Source of the DNA: Candidatus Ozemobacteraceae bacterium
GTDB taxonomy: Bacteria > Muiribacteriota > Ozemobacteria > Ozemobacterales > Ozemobacteraceae
Direction of reading: 5' to 3'
Length of the DNA: 64,000 bases
Assembly: GCA_965140445.1 (NCBI GenBank)
Contig: OZ223236.1
Span: forward strand, 3,456,001 to 3,520,000
Numbering within the stretch: position 1 is the first letter of the stretch; every line of letters starts with the position of its first letter. The notes below the pieces were generated by a model, which saw nothing but the letters and a program-made list of their open reading frames with translations, was not told the DNA's origin and did not search any database. This document shows positions 1 through 9,206 of the stretch, piece by piece. The translations under genes were made by a program, and so were the position numbers.

Positions 1-56
1 TTTTTCGCAACTTTTTTTGCCAGTATCGACGTTCCGTGTCGACGCACTTGTTAGGC
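1..56 (-). repeat. attC site, family B (partial)
   Basis: ...cgacgttccgtgtcgacgcacttGTTAGGC matches the R''/L'' arm of the other copies. Confidence 0.85.
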
Positions 57-62
57 ATCAGT

Positions 63-374
63 TTAATCATATTCAGTAAAATTAATGTCATAGCCATAAG
101 GATTTTCTTCTGGCATTTGAATTGGCTCACTAGCATACAGTTCAATCTTTCCATCCACAAAAAAACCGATTTGTTCCCCAATAACCTGAATCATATCAAA
201 AGCTTCATCTTCATCAGCAGCCCAAACCTTCATGCCCATCACTGCTCTTCCTGGTCGACATTTAAATCCTTCTTTTAGTTCTCTTGCTTCACCATCAGCT
301 AGTAAGGTGAAATGTTTTAATTCATTTATTTCTTTATTATTTTTTATTTTTAGATTTTTGTTTTCAGAATTCAT
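63..374 (-). CDS. Cassette hypothetical protein (103 aa)
   Basis: ORF fills the cassette; ends GTTAGGCATC/GATGCCTAAC. Confidence 0.75.
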   Translation of the reverse strand: MNSENKNLKIKNNKEINELKHFTLLADGEARELKEGFKCRPGRAVMGMKVWAADEDEAFDMIQVIGEQIGFFVDGKIELYASEPIQMPEENPYGYDINFTEYD

Positions 375-386
375 TATTTATTAGAT

Positions 387-522
387 GCCTAACGTCTGTC
401 GTGACCGGACGCCGAATGACGCCATCGGCAAATGAGGGAATCGGGACTGGCGAAAAAGTTGCAGGACTTTGTGCAACTTTTTTGATCAGGACCGACGTTC
501 CGAGTCGACGCGCTTGTTATGT
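387..522 (-). repeat. attC site, family B (136 bp)
   Basis: gcctaac...gtcgtgaccggacgccg...gtcgacgcgcttgttatgt. Confidence 0.92.
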
Positions 523-565
523 GTATTTTTAAATCATTTCTGAACATAATATTCATTTTACTCCA

Positions 566-1474
566 TTACGGTAAAATAGTAGGTGTACCTGTTGCAAACT
601 TAAGCTGATCTCCTTGTCTTAGAAAAATTGCATCAAAACCATATCCTTCATGCCTTGGTTCCCACTTCTGTTCTAATGCGTATTTTAAATTTTCTAATGC
701 ATAGTCGGGAACGATATAGTACCGCTCACCCCAAAAAATTCTTTTGAGTTTTAATGGGGCCCTATTTAGAGATATCGTCCATGACATTAAATTCCAAGGA
801 ATTAAGTAGTAGGAGTTGCCATTTCGATAGTAAAATCCACCGTGACTGAAAGGTTCACCAACAGGTCGTAACCCACCAAAAATGGTTTGAGAACTACCGA
901 GAAATTTTGCTCCATCAATTTCTAGGACTTCATCGTGACAATACACCCAATGCCAGTGATAAATTCCACCATATGAACAGTTCAAATATGGTGTGAGACA
1001 ACATGGAACAGCAAAAGGGCCGTAAAAAACAAGCAGAATCAAAATGATTCGTTTAAACCATTTCTTCGTTTTTGAAAATGGATCTTTGTAGGCATTTGGG
1101 AAAGAAATCTTTTGAATATCCCCATTCAAAATTTGAGGTGGTATTGTTCTCGTGTCGAGCTGAATGCCTTTTAATTTTGCAGTTTTAATTATCCCAGGCA
1201 GTATACCATTTTCGTAGAGAAAACTTAGTAATACAAGATGCTTATATCCTTCTTGAGAACACTTCTCCAGCAATTCACTTACCAAAGTTTCAGAAACACC
1301 CGAGTCAATAGGGCAAACAAAAATTAAATTTTTATCTTTTGAACCATGAAAATCGCTTTGTTTCTGAATTTTATCTGCTCCAAATGCTTGCAAAACTAGT
1401 TCGACAAAACGATCAGCACTGACCTGTGATTTTAAATTGATATTTGAACTATCTTCTCTTAAATTGTCTTTCAT
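566..1474 (-). CDS. Cassette protein; N-terminal region resembles the C-terminal domain of Mod-like DNA adenine methyltransferases, then a TM helix and an unknown domain
   Basis: FVELVLQAFGA..FHGSK..LIFVCPIDSGVS..LLSFLYENG..GIQLDTRTIP recalled as similar to the Mod C-terminal region; hydrophobic IILILLVFYGPF follows. Confidence 0.55.
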   Translation of the reverse strand: MKDNLREDSSNINLKSQVSADRFVELVLQAFGADKIQKQSDFHGSKDKNLIFVCPIDSGVSETLVSELLEKCSQEGYKHLVLLSFLYENGILPGIIKTAKLKGIQLDTRTIPPQILNGDIQKISFPNAYKDPFSKTKKWFKRIILILLVFYGPFAVPCCLTPYLNCSYGGIYHWHWVYCHDEVLEIDGAKFLGSSQTIFGGLRPVGEPFSHGGFYYRNGNSYYLIPWNLMSWTISLNRAPLKLKRIFWGERYYIVPDYALENLKYALEQKWEPRHEGYGFDAIFLRQGDQLKFATGTPTILP

Positions 1475-1552
1475 TTTTTCTTAAATGTTAAATTTATGAA
1501 ACCCCGTATAGACAGACAAAAACTCACACTTCTTTAGATTTCTATTCAAATT

Positions 1553-1654
1553 ACATAACGCCAGTCGTGACCGGAAAAACGAGACGGGCGCGGGTGTTGC
1601 GCAAGCAAGCCCCGTGATCCGGCCGATTTTTCCGCGTCGACGCACTTGTTAGAG
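1553..1654 (-). repeat. attC site, family A (102 bp)
   Basis: acataac..gtcgtgaccggaaaaacgagacgggcgcgggtgttgc..gtcgacgcacttgttagag. Confidence 0.93.
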
Positions 1655-1851
1655 ATGATTTTTTTATTTTTTTTCACAAGCTTTTTAAACATCCCCATAT
1701 TTTGGTTCATACTTATTATACATTTCGACATTAATTTTGTATTCGCTGGCTCTGAGAAAGCAATACAGAAGCATAATGGCATAAAAATTGTCTTGGTATC
1801 TGCTTAAATTTTTTGCAATTTTTATGAGCAGAGCAGCAACAATTTGCTAAC
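1655..1851. repeat. Conserved non-coding cassette trailer, copy 1
   Basis: Inverted repeat GGCATAAAAATTG (1778-1790) / CAATTTTTATGA (1816-1827); flanks alignable to the other copies. Confidence 0.85.
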
Positions 1852-2271
1852 CTATTTTTTTTTATCAGACCTATATGGTTGAAAATCTTTGATGCCCCGA
1901 CGCAAAGCATTAAAGGCAAAGGGTTTAAATTTAAAACTAACTTTATAAAAAGGTTTTTTATCTTCATATAAAGTTCCAATTTGAGAATCTACTCCAAGTA
2001 TTAGTTTGGGTGCATCTTCTTTGGAAAGTTCATCTAGTCTCTCTAACAATTTTTCAAACCGAACTTCTTGGCCATCCTGATTTTGTTGCAAGCCAACAAT
2101 AATATGTTCAAGCTTGTCTTGCATCTCTTTGTTGTTGTTATCAGCAATAGCTTCTTTTAGCTTATCAATACCAAGCTGATTATAACTCTTATAAAATTCT
2201 CTGGCAGCCATTAGTAAAGTTGTTAAATCTGCACCATGTGCTAGTAATAGTTTTAAAGTATGAAAATCCAT
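1852..2271 (-). CDS. Cassette hypothetical protein (139 aa)
   Basis: ORF within cassette. Confidence 0.7.
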   Translation of the reverse strand: MDFHTLKLLLAHGADLTTLLMAAREFYKSYNQLGIDKLKEAIADNNNKEMQDKLEHIIVGLQQNQDGQEVRFEKLLERLDELSKEDAPKLILGVDSQIGTLYEDKKPFYKVSFKFKPFAFNALRRGIKDFQPYRSDKKK

Positions 2272-2298
2272 CTCAGCAATCCTTTTTCATTTTCTTAT

Positions 2299-2400
2299 CT
2301 CTAACGTCGAATGTTGAGTGGAAATGGCACTGGGAATAGGGGTTGCGTTAGCAAGACCTGTAATCCGGCCGATTTTTCGGCGTCGACGCACTTGTTAGAG
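2299..2400 (-). repeat. attC site, degenerate family A
   Basis: R''/L'' arm intact (cgtcgacgcacttgttagag); L' arm heavily substituted; length still 102 bp. Confidence 0.8.
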
Positions 2401-2591
2401 ATATTTTTTATTATAAGTTTTATGTTGAAACGTTCAATATTTTAGTTCAAGCGAATTAAACATTTCGCCATTTATTTCGTATTTGCTGCCTCCAGAAAAG
2501 CACTCCAGAATCATAATGGCATAAAAATTGTCCAGGTAACTGTCTAAATTTTTGCAATTTTTATGAGCAGAGCTGAAGATGATCTGTAAAG
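2401..2591. repeat. Conserved non-coding cassette trailer, copy 2
   Basis: ggcataaaaattgtccagg...gcaatttttatgagcagagc at 2518-2573. Confidence 0.85.
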
Positions 2592-3139
2592 CTATTGTAA
2601 TAAAGTCAAAACTTCATCAGGATTTAAAATTTTACCTGCTCCAATCTCCAATAATCTTGAATATTTACTTTCTTTGTAAAATTTTTATCTGTAGTCAAAA
2701 AAATATCATTTTTATAATGTATGTGGCTCCAAAGAGAATGTGCGTCACAAACTCGATTTAACCACTTATAGCCCTCTTTTGAATTAATGCCAACATCAGA
2801 TATTTCGATTTGTTTAAAGTTTTCAAAGAGGATGCTATAAATTTTATCTGCCAAGGATTTCATTGCATCATCAGCAAAAATGCTTCTATCAAAAAAGGAC
2901 ACATCAAACAAAATCATTGGGTTAAGTCTTGTAAGCTTTTCAATCTGCAGCTTTTGTAGAAATTTTTCAAACAAATCATATCTGTCTGGACGAATCCCTT
3001 GTTTTAGTAGTTCTGATGCGCCAATATTTACAACAAAACAACTACAGCTTTTATTATTTAGAATTTTTCTAATTAAATTCCCTTCCTTCGTTTCCCTCTC
3101 TAAATGAATAAGACAATTGTGGTCCAAAGTTATCTTCAT
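2592..3139 (-). CDS. PIN-domain-like putative ribonuclease, 1-bp frameshift near C-terminus
   Basis: KITLDHNCL ... CDAHSLW..DIFLTTDKNF acidic motifs; alternate frame gives KSKYSRLLEIGAGKILNPDEVLTLLQ* ending at 2592. Confidence 0.65.
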
Positions 3140-3200
3140 ACTTTATCCTCTAATTTATTATTAATTTCTTGATGAAAGTTATTCATTTTTCCTCTTTTAT

Positions 3201-3335
3201 CTCTAACGCTAGTCGTGACCGGACGCCGAGCGGCGCCATCGGCAAGCGAGGGAATCGGAGCTGGCGCAAAAGTTGCGATTTTTTCGCAACTTTTTGTGAC
3301 AGCTTCGACGTTCCGTGTCGACGCACTTGTTATCA
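3201..3335 (-). repeat. attC site, family B variant
   Basis: ctctaac..gtcgtgaccggacgccgagcggcgccatcggc..gtcgacgcacttgttatca. Confidence 0.9.
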
Positions 3336-3401
3336 CAGTAAAATTTAATTTTATCTTTTTAATCAAGACTTTTTTCTCTCCATATTTTGGTGGATACAAA
3401 A

Positions 3402-3872
3402 CTAAAAATGCACATATACTGGTAGGTTATGCAAATGGAATAAACAGCCCATAATGACCAAAACCATGAGTGTTTCAATTATTGCAATTACGATTATTAA
3501 TATTTTTGCATTTTTGGACTGCATTTTTTTTTGAAAAAACCATAGTGAAATCAAAAGCATAACCATTATTGCGAAAGATAGTATTGGATGACCGACTATT
3601 GTTATGCAAAATTGCCAAATCATTGCAGACAGAGGGCGATATTCTTGAAGATATGTTTCTTCTGGCGTTGACCAAATGCCTGAAATGAAAGGCTCAACCT
3701 GACCGTAAAAGAAAACTTCAAAAGACGACGTAATCAATGTCCAAATGCAAAGTGCAACAAAACCAATTGAATGGCCTTTTGAAGGCTTATTTTTACCCTT
3801 TGCTAAATCAATTTTGGGAACATCTATTGAAGATTCGACTTTATTATTTATCTCTGATGATTTCTCCCTCAT
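3402..3872 (-). CDS. Cassette membrane protein (156 aa)
   Basis: Several hydrophobic segments. Confidence 0.7.
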   Translation of the reverse strand: MREKSSEINNKVESSIDVPKIDLAKGKNKPSKGHSIGFVALCIWTLITSSFEVFFYGQVEPFISGIWSTPEETYLQEYRPLSAMIWQFCITIVGHPILSFAIMVMLLISLWFFQKKMQSKNAKILIIVIAIIETLMVLVIMGCLFHLHNLPVYVHF

Positions 3873-3972
3873 CGTCTCAATCCCTCTTTATATGACCCAA
3901 TTGCCTACGTTACTGCCAATACATCAAATTGAACAAATTGTTCGATTGTCTTGTTATCTTTTTCTTCATTTG

Positions 3973-4074
3973 CGATAACGCTTGTCGTGACCGGAAAAAC
4001 GAGACGGGCGCGGGTGTTGCGTAAGCAAGACCCGTGATCCGGCCGGTTTTTCCGCGTCGACGCACTTGTTAGAG
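3973..4074 (-). repeat. attC site, family A
   Basis: cgataac...gttagag, family A interior. Confidence 0.93.
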
Positions 4075-4265
4075 ATTATTTTTTTTATTTTTATCATAAT
4101 TTTTAGATGGAAACATTCAATATTTTGGTTCAAGCGAATTAAACATTTCGATATTATTTTTGTATTTACTGGCCCCGGAAAAGCACCACAGAATCACGAT
4201 GGCATAAAAATTGTCCAGGTATCTGACTAAATTTTTGCAATTTTTATGAGCAGGGCAGGTGCTTT
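4075..4265. repeat. Conserved non-coding cassette trailer, copy 3
   Basis: ggcataaaaattgtccagg...gcaatttttatgagcagggc at 4201-4256. Confidence 0.85.
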
Positions 4266-4742
4266 CTAAATACAATTTGATTTGATTGAGACTGTAGAAT
4301 TGGAATCTTTCAATCTACAATTTAATTCAAAAAGAGCCACTCGATTGGAATCCCAAGAAAGCTCTGAAAAAGCTTGCTCAAATGTTAACCACTTAAACTT
4401 AAAATGCTCCTTTGATAACTTAATTTCAGCTCCTGAGACATGCACAGCAAAGCAATGTTCTGTTATAACATAAACATTGTCTGGCCAGAGGGCATTGGGA
4501 AAAGCTGACCTTGGTAGGGAAGCCTTTGAATCAAGCTCAAGCCATTTTTCATCTGGTAATTGAATAGCTGCTTCTTCAAAAGTTTCCCTTTTAGCAGCTT
4601 CAAATATAGACTCGTCATCTTCGCCGCCACCAGCAATGAATTGGCACATTTTTGGTTCTGAACGGTAGAAAACAGCAAATTCAGGTTGATTGTAATTTAA
4701 TCGGTAAGGAATGATTAAGGTATTAAATTCTGCTCTAGCCAT
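4266..4742 (-). CDS. NUDIX hydrolase (NudB/dATP pyrophosphohydrolase-like)
   Basis: Nudix box GGGEDDESIFEAAKRETFEEA; LSKEH and WDSNR motifs. Confidence 0.85.
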   Translation of the reverse strand: MARAEFNTLIIPYRLNYNQPEFAVFYRSEPKMCQFIAGGGEDDESIFEAAKRETFEEAAIQLPDEKWLELDSKASLPRSAFPNALWPDNVYVITEHCFAVHVSGAEIKLSKEHFKFKWLTFEQAFSELSWDSNRVALFELNCRLKDSNSTVSIKSNCI

Positions 4743-4765
4743 ATTCTATCTCTACTTTTGATTTT

Positions 4766-4820
4766 CTCTAACGATAGTCGTGACCAGCATCGATGTTCCG
4801 TGTCGACGTACTTGTTAGAC
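4766..4820 (-). repeat. Minimal attC site (55 bp), internal deletion of family B
   Basis: ctctaacgatagtcgtgacc|agcatcgatgttccgtgtcgacgtacttgttagac. Confidence 0.85.
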
Positions 4821-4837
4821 ATATGTTGCTATTCATT

Positions 4838-5218
4838 TTATCTCCATATTGCTGGATCACCAAGACACCATAGACACGCAGGATTAATCCAAAACATTGG
4901 GAACTTTATTTGCTCAAGATTAAGAACAAAATATACTGGAATAATTATGAAGAACATTAAAAACCTAAAGTAAGTTCCCCTGTATCCCAAAGCTCCATTT
5001 GTCATACTTTTCCCATTCAATTCTTGATCTTTAGGTTTCAAGTATAGAGCCATTGCAATGATGAAACAAAAAATACCAAGTAAATCCCCAAAGGAGCCAT
5101 GAAGAAAATCAAATACTGCATCGGGTTCAAGATGATAATAAAATGGATATCTAAAATGCGTCTTCAAACAATAAATTGAAAGACACATTGAGATTGTAAA
5201 TAAAATTTTTGCAAACAA
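4838..5218 (-). CDS. Cassette membrane protein (126 aa)
   Basis: Three hydrophobic segments; TTG start. Confidence 0.6.
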   Translation of the reverse strand: MFAKILFTISMCLSIYCLKTHFRYPFYYHLEPDAVFDFLHGSFGDLLGIFCFIIAMALYLKPKDQELNGKSMTNGALGYRGTYFRFLMFFIIIPVYFVLNLEQIKFPMFWINPACLWCLGDPAIWR

Positions 5219-5275
5219 ATATCTTCTTATTTGAATAACCCTCTAGTAAAAATCATCAGCACATTTCATTTTTAT

Positions 5276-5377
5276 CTCTAACGCCAGTCGTGACCGGAAA
5301 AACGAGACGGGCGCGGGTGTTGCGCAAGCAAGACCCGTGATCCGGCCGGTTTTTCCGCGTCGACGCACTTGTTAGGC
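5276..5377 (-). repeat. attC site, family A
   Basis: ctctaac...gttaggc. Confidence 0.93.
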
Positions 5378-5382
5378 ACTCT

Positions 5383-6012
5383 CTAAATTTTAGATAAGAA
5401 ATTAATAATCTTCGCAAATCTAGACTCTTCATATGGAAACTTTTTAATTGGTGGCTTTGTCGTCGAAAATTTGAATGTTGAAATATTGTTTGTTTCTTGG
5501 TTTTCTACAATATAATATGAATTATTGCACCGGATGTTTGCTATTCTACCCTGTGACTTGCCAAATAAAGAGCGCAATTCAAACAAAAATTCTTTAGCGA
5601 AAGTCGCCAATTCTTTTTTTTCATTATTGTTTTCATATTTAATCCATTTACAATCATTCTCCTCTTCTATGATTATAATTGGGTTTTCTTCGCAAAATTC
5701 ATAACAGATAAAAAGAAAGCCAACGATATTGACAATCGCGTCCTTGCCTGAACATAAATAAACTAAGAAAAGGGCCATCAAACTAGCCCTTAAGCCAAGC
5801 TGATCTTGTTCATTTAGATCTAAAAAATATGCTTTTATCTTCAAAATTTCCTCTGGTAGCGTAAAAAACGCTTTGCCTCGATAAAATGTTAGCCAAAAAT
5901 CTTCTCTATTATTAATTTTTGCTTCAAACTTTGGAAACTCAAATTCTCGCGTACCAGAATCGGGAAACTCATGTTTTACCTGAACAATAGGCAAATTTGA
6001 CTTAGTTTTCAC
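5383..6012 (-). CDS. Cassette hypothetical protein (209 aa)
   Basis: ORF fills the cassette. Confidence 0.7.
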   Translation of the reverse strand: MKTKSNLPIVQVKHEFPDSGTREFEFPKFEAKINNREDFWLTFYRGKAFFTLPEEILKIKAYFLDLNEQDQLGLRASLMALFLVYLCSGKDAIVNIVGFLFICYEFCEENPIIIIEEENDCKWIKYENNNEKKELATFAKEFLFELRSLFGKSQGRIANIRCNNSYYIVENQETNNISTFKFSTTKPPIKKFPYEESRFAKIINFLSKI

Positions 6013-6044
6013 TTGCTACCCTGGTTTTCAATTTATTTTATTGT

Positions 6045-6146
6045 GCCTAACGTCTGTCGTGACCGGAAAAACGAGACGGGCGCGGGTGTTGCGTCAGCAA
6101 GACCCGTGATCCGGCCGGTTTTTCCGCGTCGACGCGATTGTTAGGC
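6045..6146 (-). repeat. attC site, family A
   Basis: gcctaac...gttaggc. Confidence 0.93.
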
Positions 6147-6147
6147 C

Positions 6148-6648
6148 TCATTTTATAATTCTTGTTTTCATGGTTGCTAAGTCTTCAATAACTATGAAAC
6201 CCAATAATTCGCCGGCAACGGTACCCCCAACAAGTTCAACGTCGCTCTCAAATCGTAGCGGGAAAACCTCTGACGCAGAGGTCTTGCCAAGTCGCGCGTA
6301 ACTAGCCTCAATTTGTCTAGGTTCAGGGGTAATAATACCATACCAAAATGAAACTTGCCCTTCGCGAACAACAACAGCAGGTTGAATTGTCCCTAGATCA
6401 AATTCTCCATTAACCGGGGGCGTTAAATAGCCACATAAATGGGTACCGTCTGCCAGCCAAATGTTTGCACGAACAATAAACATCCTTTCGCAAGCATTTA
6501 GTGGTAAATCTGACTCATAAGGTCGAACAGTTGCCTCATCTTGCCTTTCTTCGCCTTCTTCGTCGATTGCAAACTCCCAAATTGGGTGAAGATTAAGATC
6601 TTCTGGGGTAATCTCATAAACTTGCTTTCGAATCCCCATTTCTTTCAT
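6148..6648 (-). CDS. Cassette hypothetical protein (166 aa)
   Basis: ORF stop abuts R''. Confidence 0.75.
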   Translation of the reverse strand: MKEMGIRKQVYEITPEDLNLHPIWEFAIDEEGEERQDEATVRPYESDLPLNACERMFIVRANIWLADGTHLCGYLTPPVNGEFDLGTIQPAVVVREGQVSFWYGIITPEPRQIEASYARLGKTSASEVFPLRFESDVELVGGTVAGELLGFIVIEDLATMKTRIIK

Positions 6649-6704
6649 CTTTTCTTTTAAATCCCCTTTTGATTAATTACTATTTTTCTTTTAAATTTTT
6701 AAAG

Positions 6705-6840
6705 GCCTAACGCCTGTCGTGACCGGACGCCGAATGACGCCATCGGCAAATGAGGGAATCGGGACTGGCGAAAAAGTTGCAGGATTTTGTGCAACTTTTT
6801 TGATCAGGACCGACGTTCCGAGTCGACGCGCTTGTTATAT
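6705..6840 (-). repeat. attC site, family B
   Basis: gcctaac...gttatat. Confidence 0.93.
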
Positions 6841-7137
6841 TTGCATTTATTTTAATATTAATTTTAATCCTCACGTAAATTTGATTGTATCATAAGCCTA
6901 TAAAGCTCTGACAGCCTCAATTTAATCTGTAAAAACTATAGTTTCAAAAACACAAAGCCAGGAAGCGTTGGCGCGGACTTTGCTTCTCCCGGAAGTCAGA
7001 AAAGCACGTGACAGAAGCTTGCTGGCAGCCAATTAGCACAACAAACACAATTTCATTGTTTTAAATAAAAATAACCCCTGTTAAACCGCTCACAATCAAA
7101 TCATCTCTTATTAACTTTTTAGTATCAATTTAGGCAA
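6841..7137. other. ORF-less cassette, copy 1 (candidate promoter/structured element)
   Basis: No ORF of 60 aa or more; hairpin core 6957-7026; minus-strand TGaTACAAT at 6884-6892; near-identical to 20286-20583. Confidence 0.85.
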
Positions 7138-7239
7138 ATATAACGTCGGTCGTGACCGGAAAAACGAGACGGGCGCGGGTGTTGCGCAAGCAAGAGCCGT
7201 GATCCGGCCGGTTTTTCCGCGTCGACGCACTTGTTAGAT
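7138..7239 (-). repeat. attC site, family A
   Basis: atataac...gttagat. Confidence 0.93.
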
Positions 7240-7260
7240 TGCTATTAAGCATTTAATTTT

Positions 7261-7938
7261 TTACCTATTTTTTTCTATTACGTGAAGTTCTCCAATAAAC
7301 GGGTATTCTGAAAACTTCGAGATTAGAGTCGTCGTTATTACAACTTCTCCAGTATTTTCAGCAGACATAGACAGCTTTGCAATTGGAATACTAAGTAGTG
7401 TTGAATAAAGCCATACTACCTGGAAGCTTTCATTCGAAGAAACGCTTCTACTATGTATCCAGAATAGACCCAACATTGTAATCGGAGAAGTTAGAATTTG
7501 ACACTCATAGGGTCCATTTTGCCTCCCCATCATAGGGTATTTTGCAGTTTTCCAATTTCCTTGCATAAAACAATTCTTCGGGATGAATAGGACTGGATAC
7601 GTTTCCGAACCAATTGGCGAACCTTGATAGTCAATCAAAAGCAATTTTGCCCATGGTGACGGAGGCCTAAAATTGCTCGTAACATATACAACTTCACCTC
7701 CACCAAATTGGTCATAAAAAAGCAATCTTTCATCATCAGCATCTTTAAAGCCAATATAACGATCTGTTGCTAATCCAGTGGGCTGTGATGATATTTCTGT
7801 CGAATTATGAATCTTGAAAGTTGTGTACCCAATTCGATCTTTATAAGTTCTATACCTAAATTCTGGATTTGCAGATATATCTGCAGCATCAGAAGTAAGC
7901 ATTGGTATTAACATCATTATCAATGATAACCCTAGCAA
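7261..7938 (-). CDS. Cassette putative exported protein (225 aa)
   Basis: Hydrophobic N-terminus. Confidence 0.65.
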   Translation of the reverse strand: MLGLSLIMMLIPMLTSDAADISANPEFRYRTYKDRIGYTTFKIHNSTEISSQPTGLATDRYIGFKDADDERLLFYDQFGGGEVVYVTSNFRPPSPWAKLLLIDYQGSPIGSETYPVLFIPKNCFMQGNWKTAKYPMMGRQNGPYECQILTSPITMLGLFWIHSRSVSSNESFQVVWLYSTLLSIPIAKLSMSAENTGEVVITTTLISKFSEYPFIGELHVIEKNR

Positions 7939-8000
7939 GCATCGCTTGTGATTTTTAATCTGGATAAAAATAGTAACTCCTGAGTTTTTTATTTATGGCA

Positions 8001-8102
8001 ATCTAACGCCAGTCGTGACCGGAAAAACGAGACGGGCGCGGGTGTTGCGTAAGCAAGACCCGTGATCCGGCCGGTTTTTCCGCGTCGACGCACTTGTTAT
8101 AT
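8001..8102 (-). repeat. attC site, family A
   Basis: atctaac...gttatat. Confidence 0.93.
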
Positions 8103-8115
8103 GCCATATTTTTTT

Positions 8116-8811
8116 CTAAATTGTTATTTCTTCGCCCCAAGGCAAAATTACTCTCCCAATATAATTGGAGTCAATGTCTACTAAGACCTTAGATGTTTCA
8201 TGCGGTTTTTCTCGAATTTCGTATTCATCTCTCTTAATACATTCGCTATGATTAAATTTTTCAATTGTCAGCGAACCTTTAAAGGATTCAACAACATAAT
8301 ATTGATGAAAAGGAATCGTTGTTTTGTGGTCTGCTACAAGGATTCTTTGTTCGCCGATCTTAATTTCAAGAGTAAAAGGCAAAACGTTTAAAATCAAAAA
8401 ATTCTTTTCTTCACCACTCCAAAATGCATTTATGGCATCCAAGGCTGCCCCAATCTCTTTTTTGTGGTCTATCTCAAACATTTTTGGAAATCTCAATAAT
8501 CCCGCATATTTCTGTAGAAAATACAATTTTGGAACTCGTTTTGAAAAATATTCTACAAAGAACACTTCAATAACGCCGCCTTCGAATTCAAAGCCAATGT
8601 ATTCAAAGTAGTTGTCACTATAAGCAACTTCGAAAATGTTCTGTTTAGCTAGCTCAGAATTTCTTTGCTTGTTAAGAATATGACAATCTATTAGTGCCCT
8701 TAAGCCTTTTTTGCCAGCATTGAGAGCAATATATTCAAAGGTAGAATAGGCAAGCTGCTTTCTGACCTGAATGAAATTGTAATCATTGTCTTTGTTTGCC
8801 ATTTTTGTCAT
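8116..8811 (-). CDS. Cassette hypothetical protein (231 aa)
   Basis: ORF fills the cassette. Confidence 0.7.
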   Translation of the reverse strand: MTKMANKDNDYNFIQVRKQLAYSTFEYIALNAGKKGLRALIDCHILNKQRNSELAKQNIFEVAYSDNYFEYIGFEFEGGVIEVFFVEYFSKRVPKLYFLQKYAGLLRFPKMFEIDHKKEIGAALDAINAFWSGEEKNFLILNVLPFTLEIKIGEQRILVADHKTTIPFHQYYVVESFKGSLTIEKFNHSECIKRDEYEIREKPHETSKVLVDIDSNYIGRVILPWGEEITI

Positions 8812-8892
8812 CTTGTTTTTAAAATAGATTTACTTTGGAAACACTTCAATCATTTTTAAGCAGAAAATTCCTTTGTTTTTTTTGGTTTTGGC

Positions 8893-9012
8893 ATATAACG
8901 CCTGTCGTGACCGGACACCGAATGTGGGAATCGGAACTGGCGAAAAAGTTGCAGGATTTTGTGCAACTTTTTTGATCAGAACCGACGTTCCGAGTCGACG
9001 TACTTGTTAGAG
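8893..9012 (-). repeat. attC site, family B with 16-bp internal deletion (120 bp)
   Basis: aatg[acgccatcggcaaatg] collapsed between two aatg repeats. Confidence 0.9.
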
Positions 9013-9206
9013 ATTCTCATTTTTTTATTTTTCTCACAAGATTTTGTAAACAACCCATATTCTGATTCATACTAATTATACATTTCAACATTAAATTTTA
9101 ATTAACTGGTTCTGAAAAAACCTCTCAATAATCAGAACGGCATAGAAATAGTTCAAGTTAAGGGGCGAATTGAGCAATTTTTATGAGCAAAGCTTAAATT
9201 AAACGA
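9013..9206. repeat. Conserved non-coding cassette trailer, copy 4
   Basis: ggcatagaaatag...gcaatttttatgagcaaagc at 9139-9193; attC-proximal part resembles copy 1. Confidence 0.8.

Noticed and set aside
1655..1851. Trailer as a small protein gene or a conserved promoter
   Set aside because: The ATG in the hairpin is followed by an early stop in copy 3, and a minus-strand TATAAT is present in only two of five copies.
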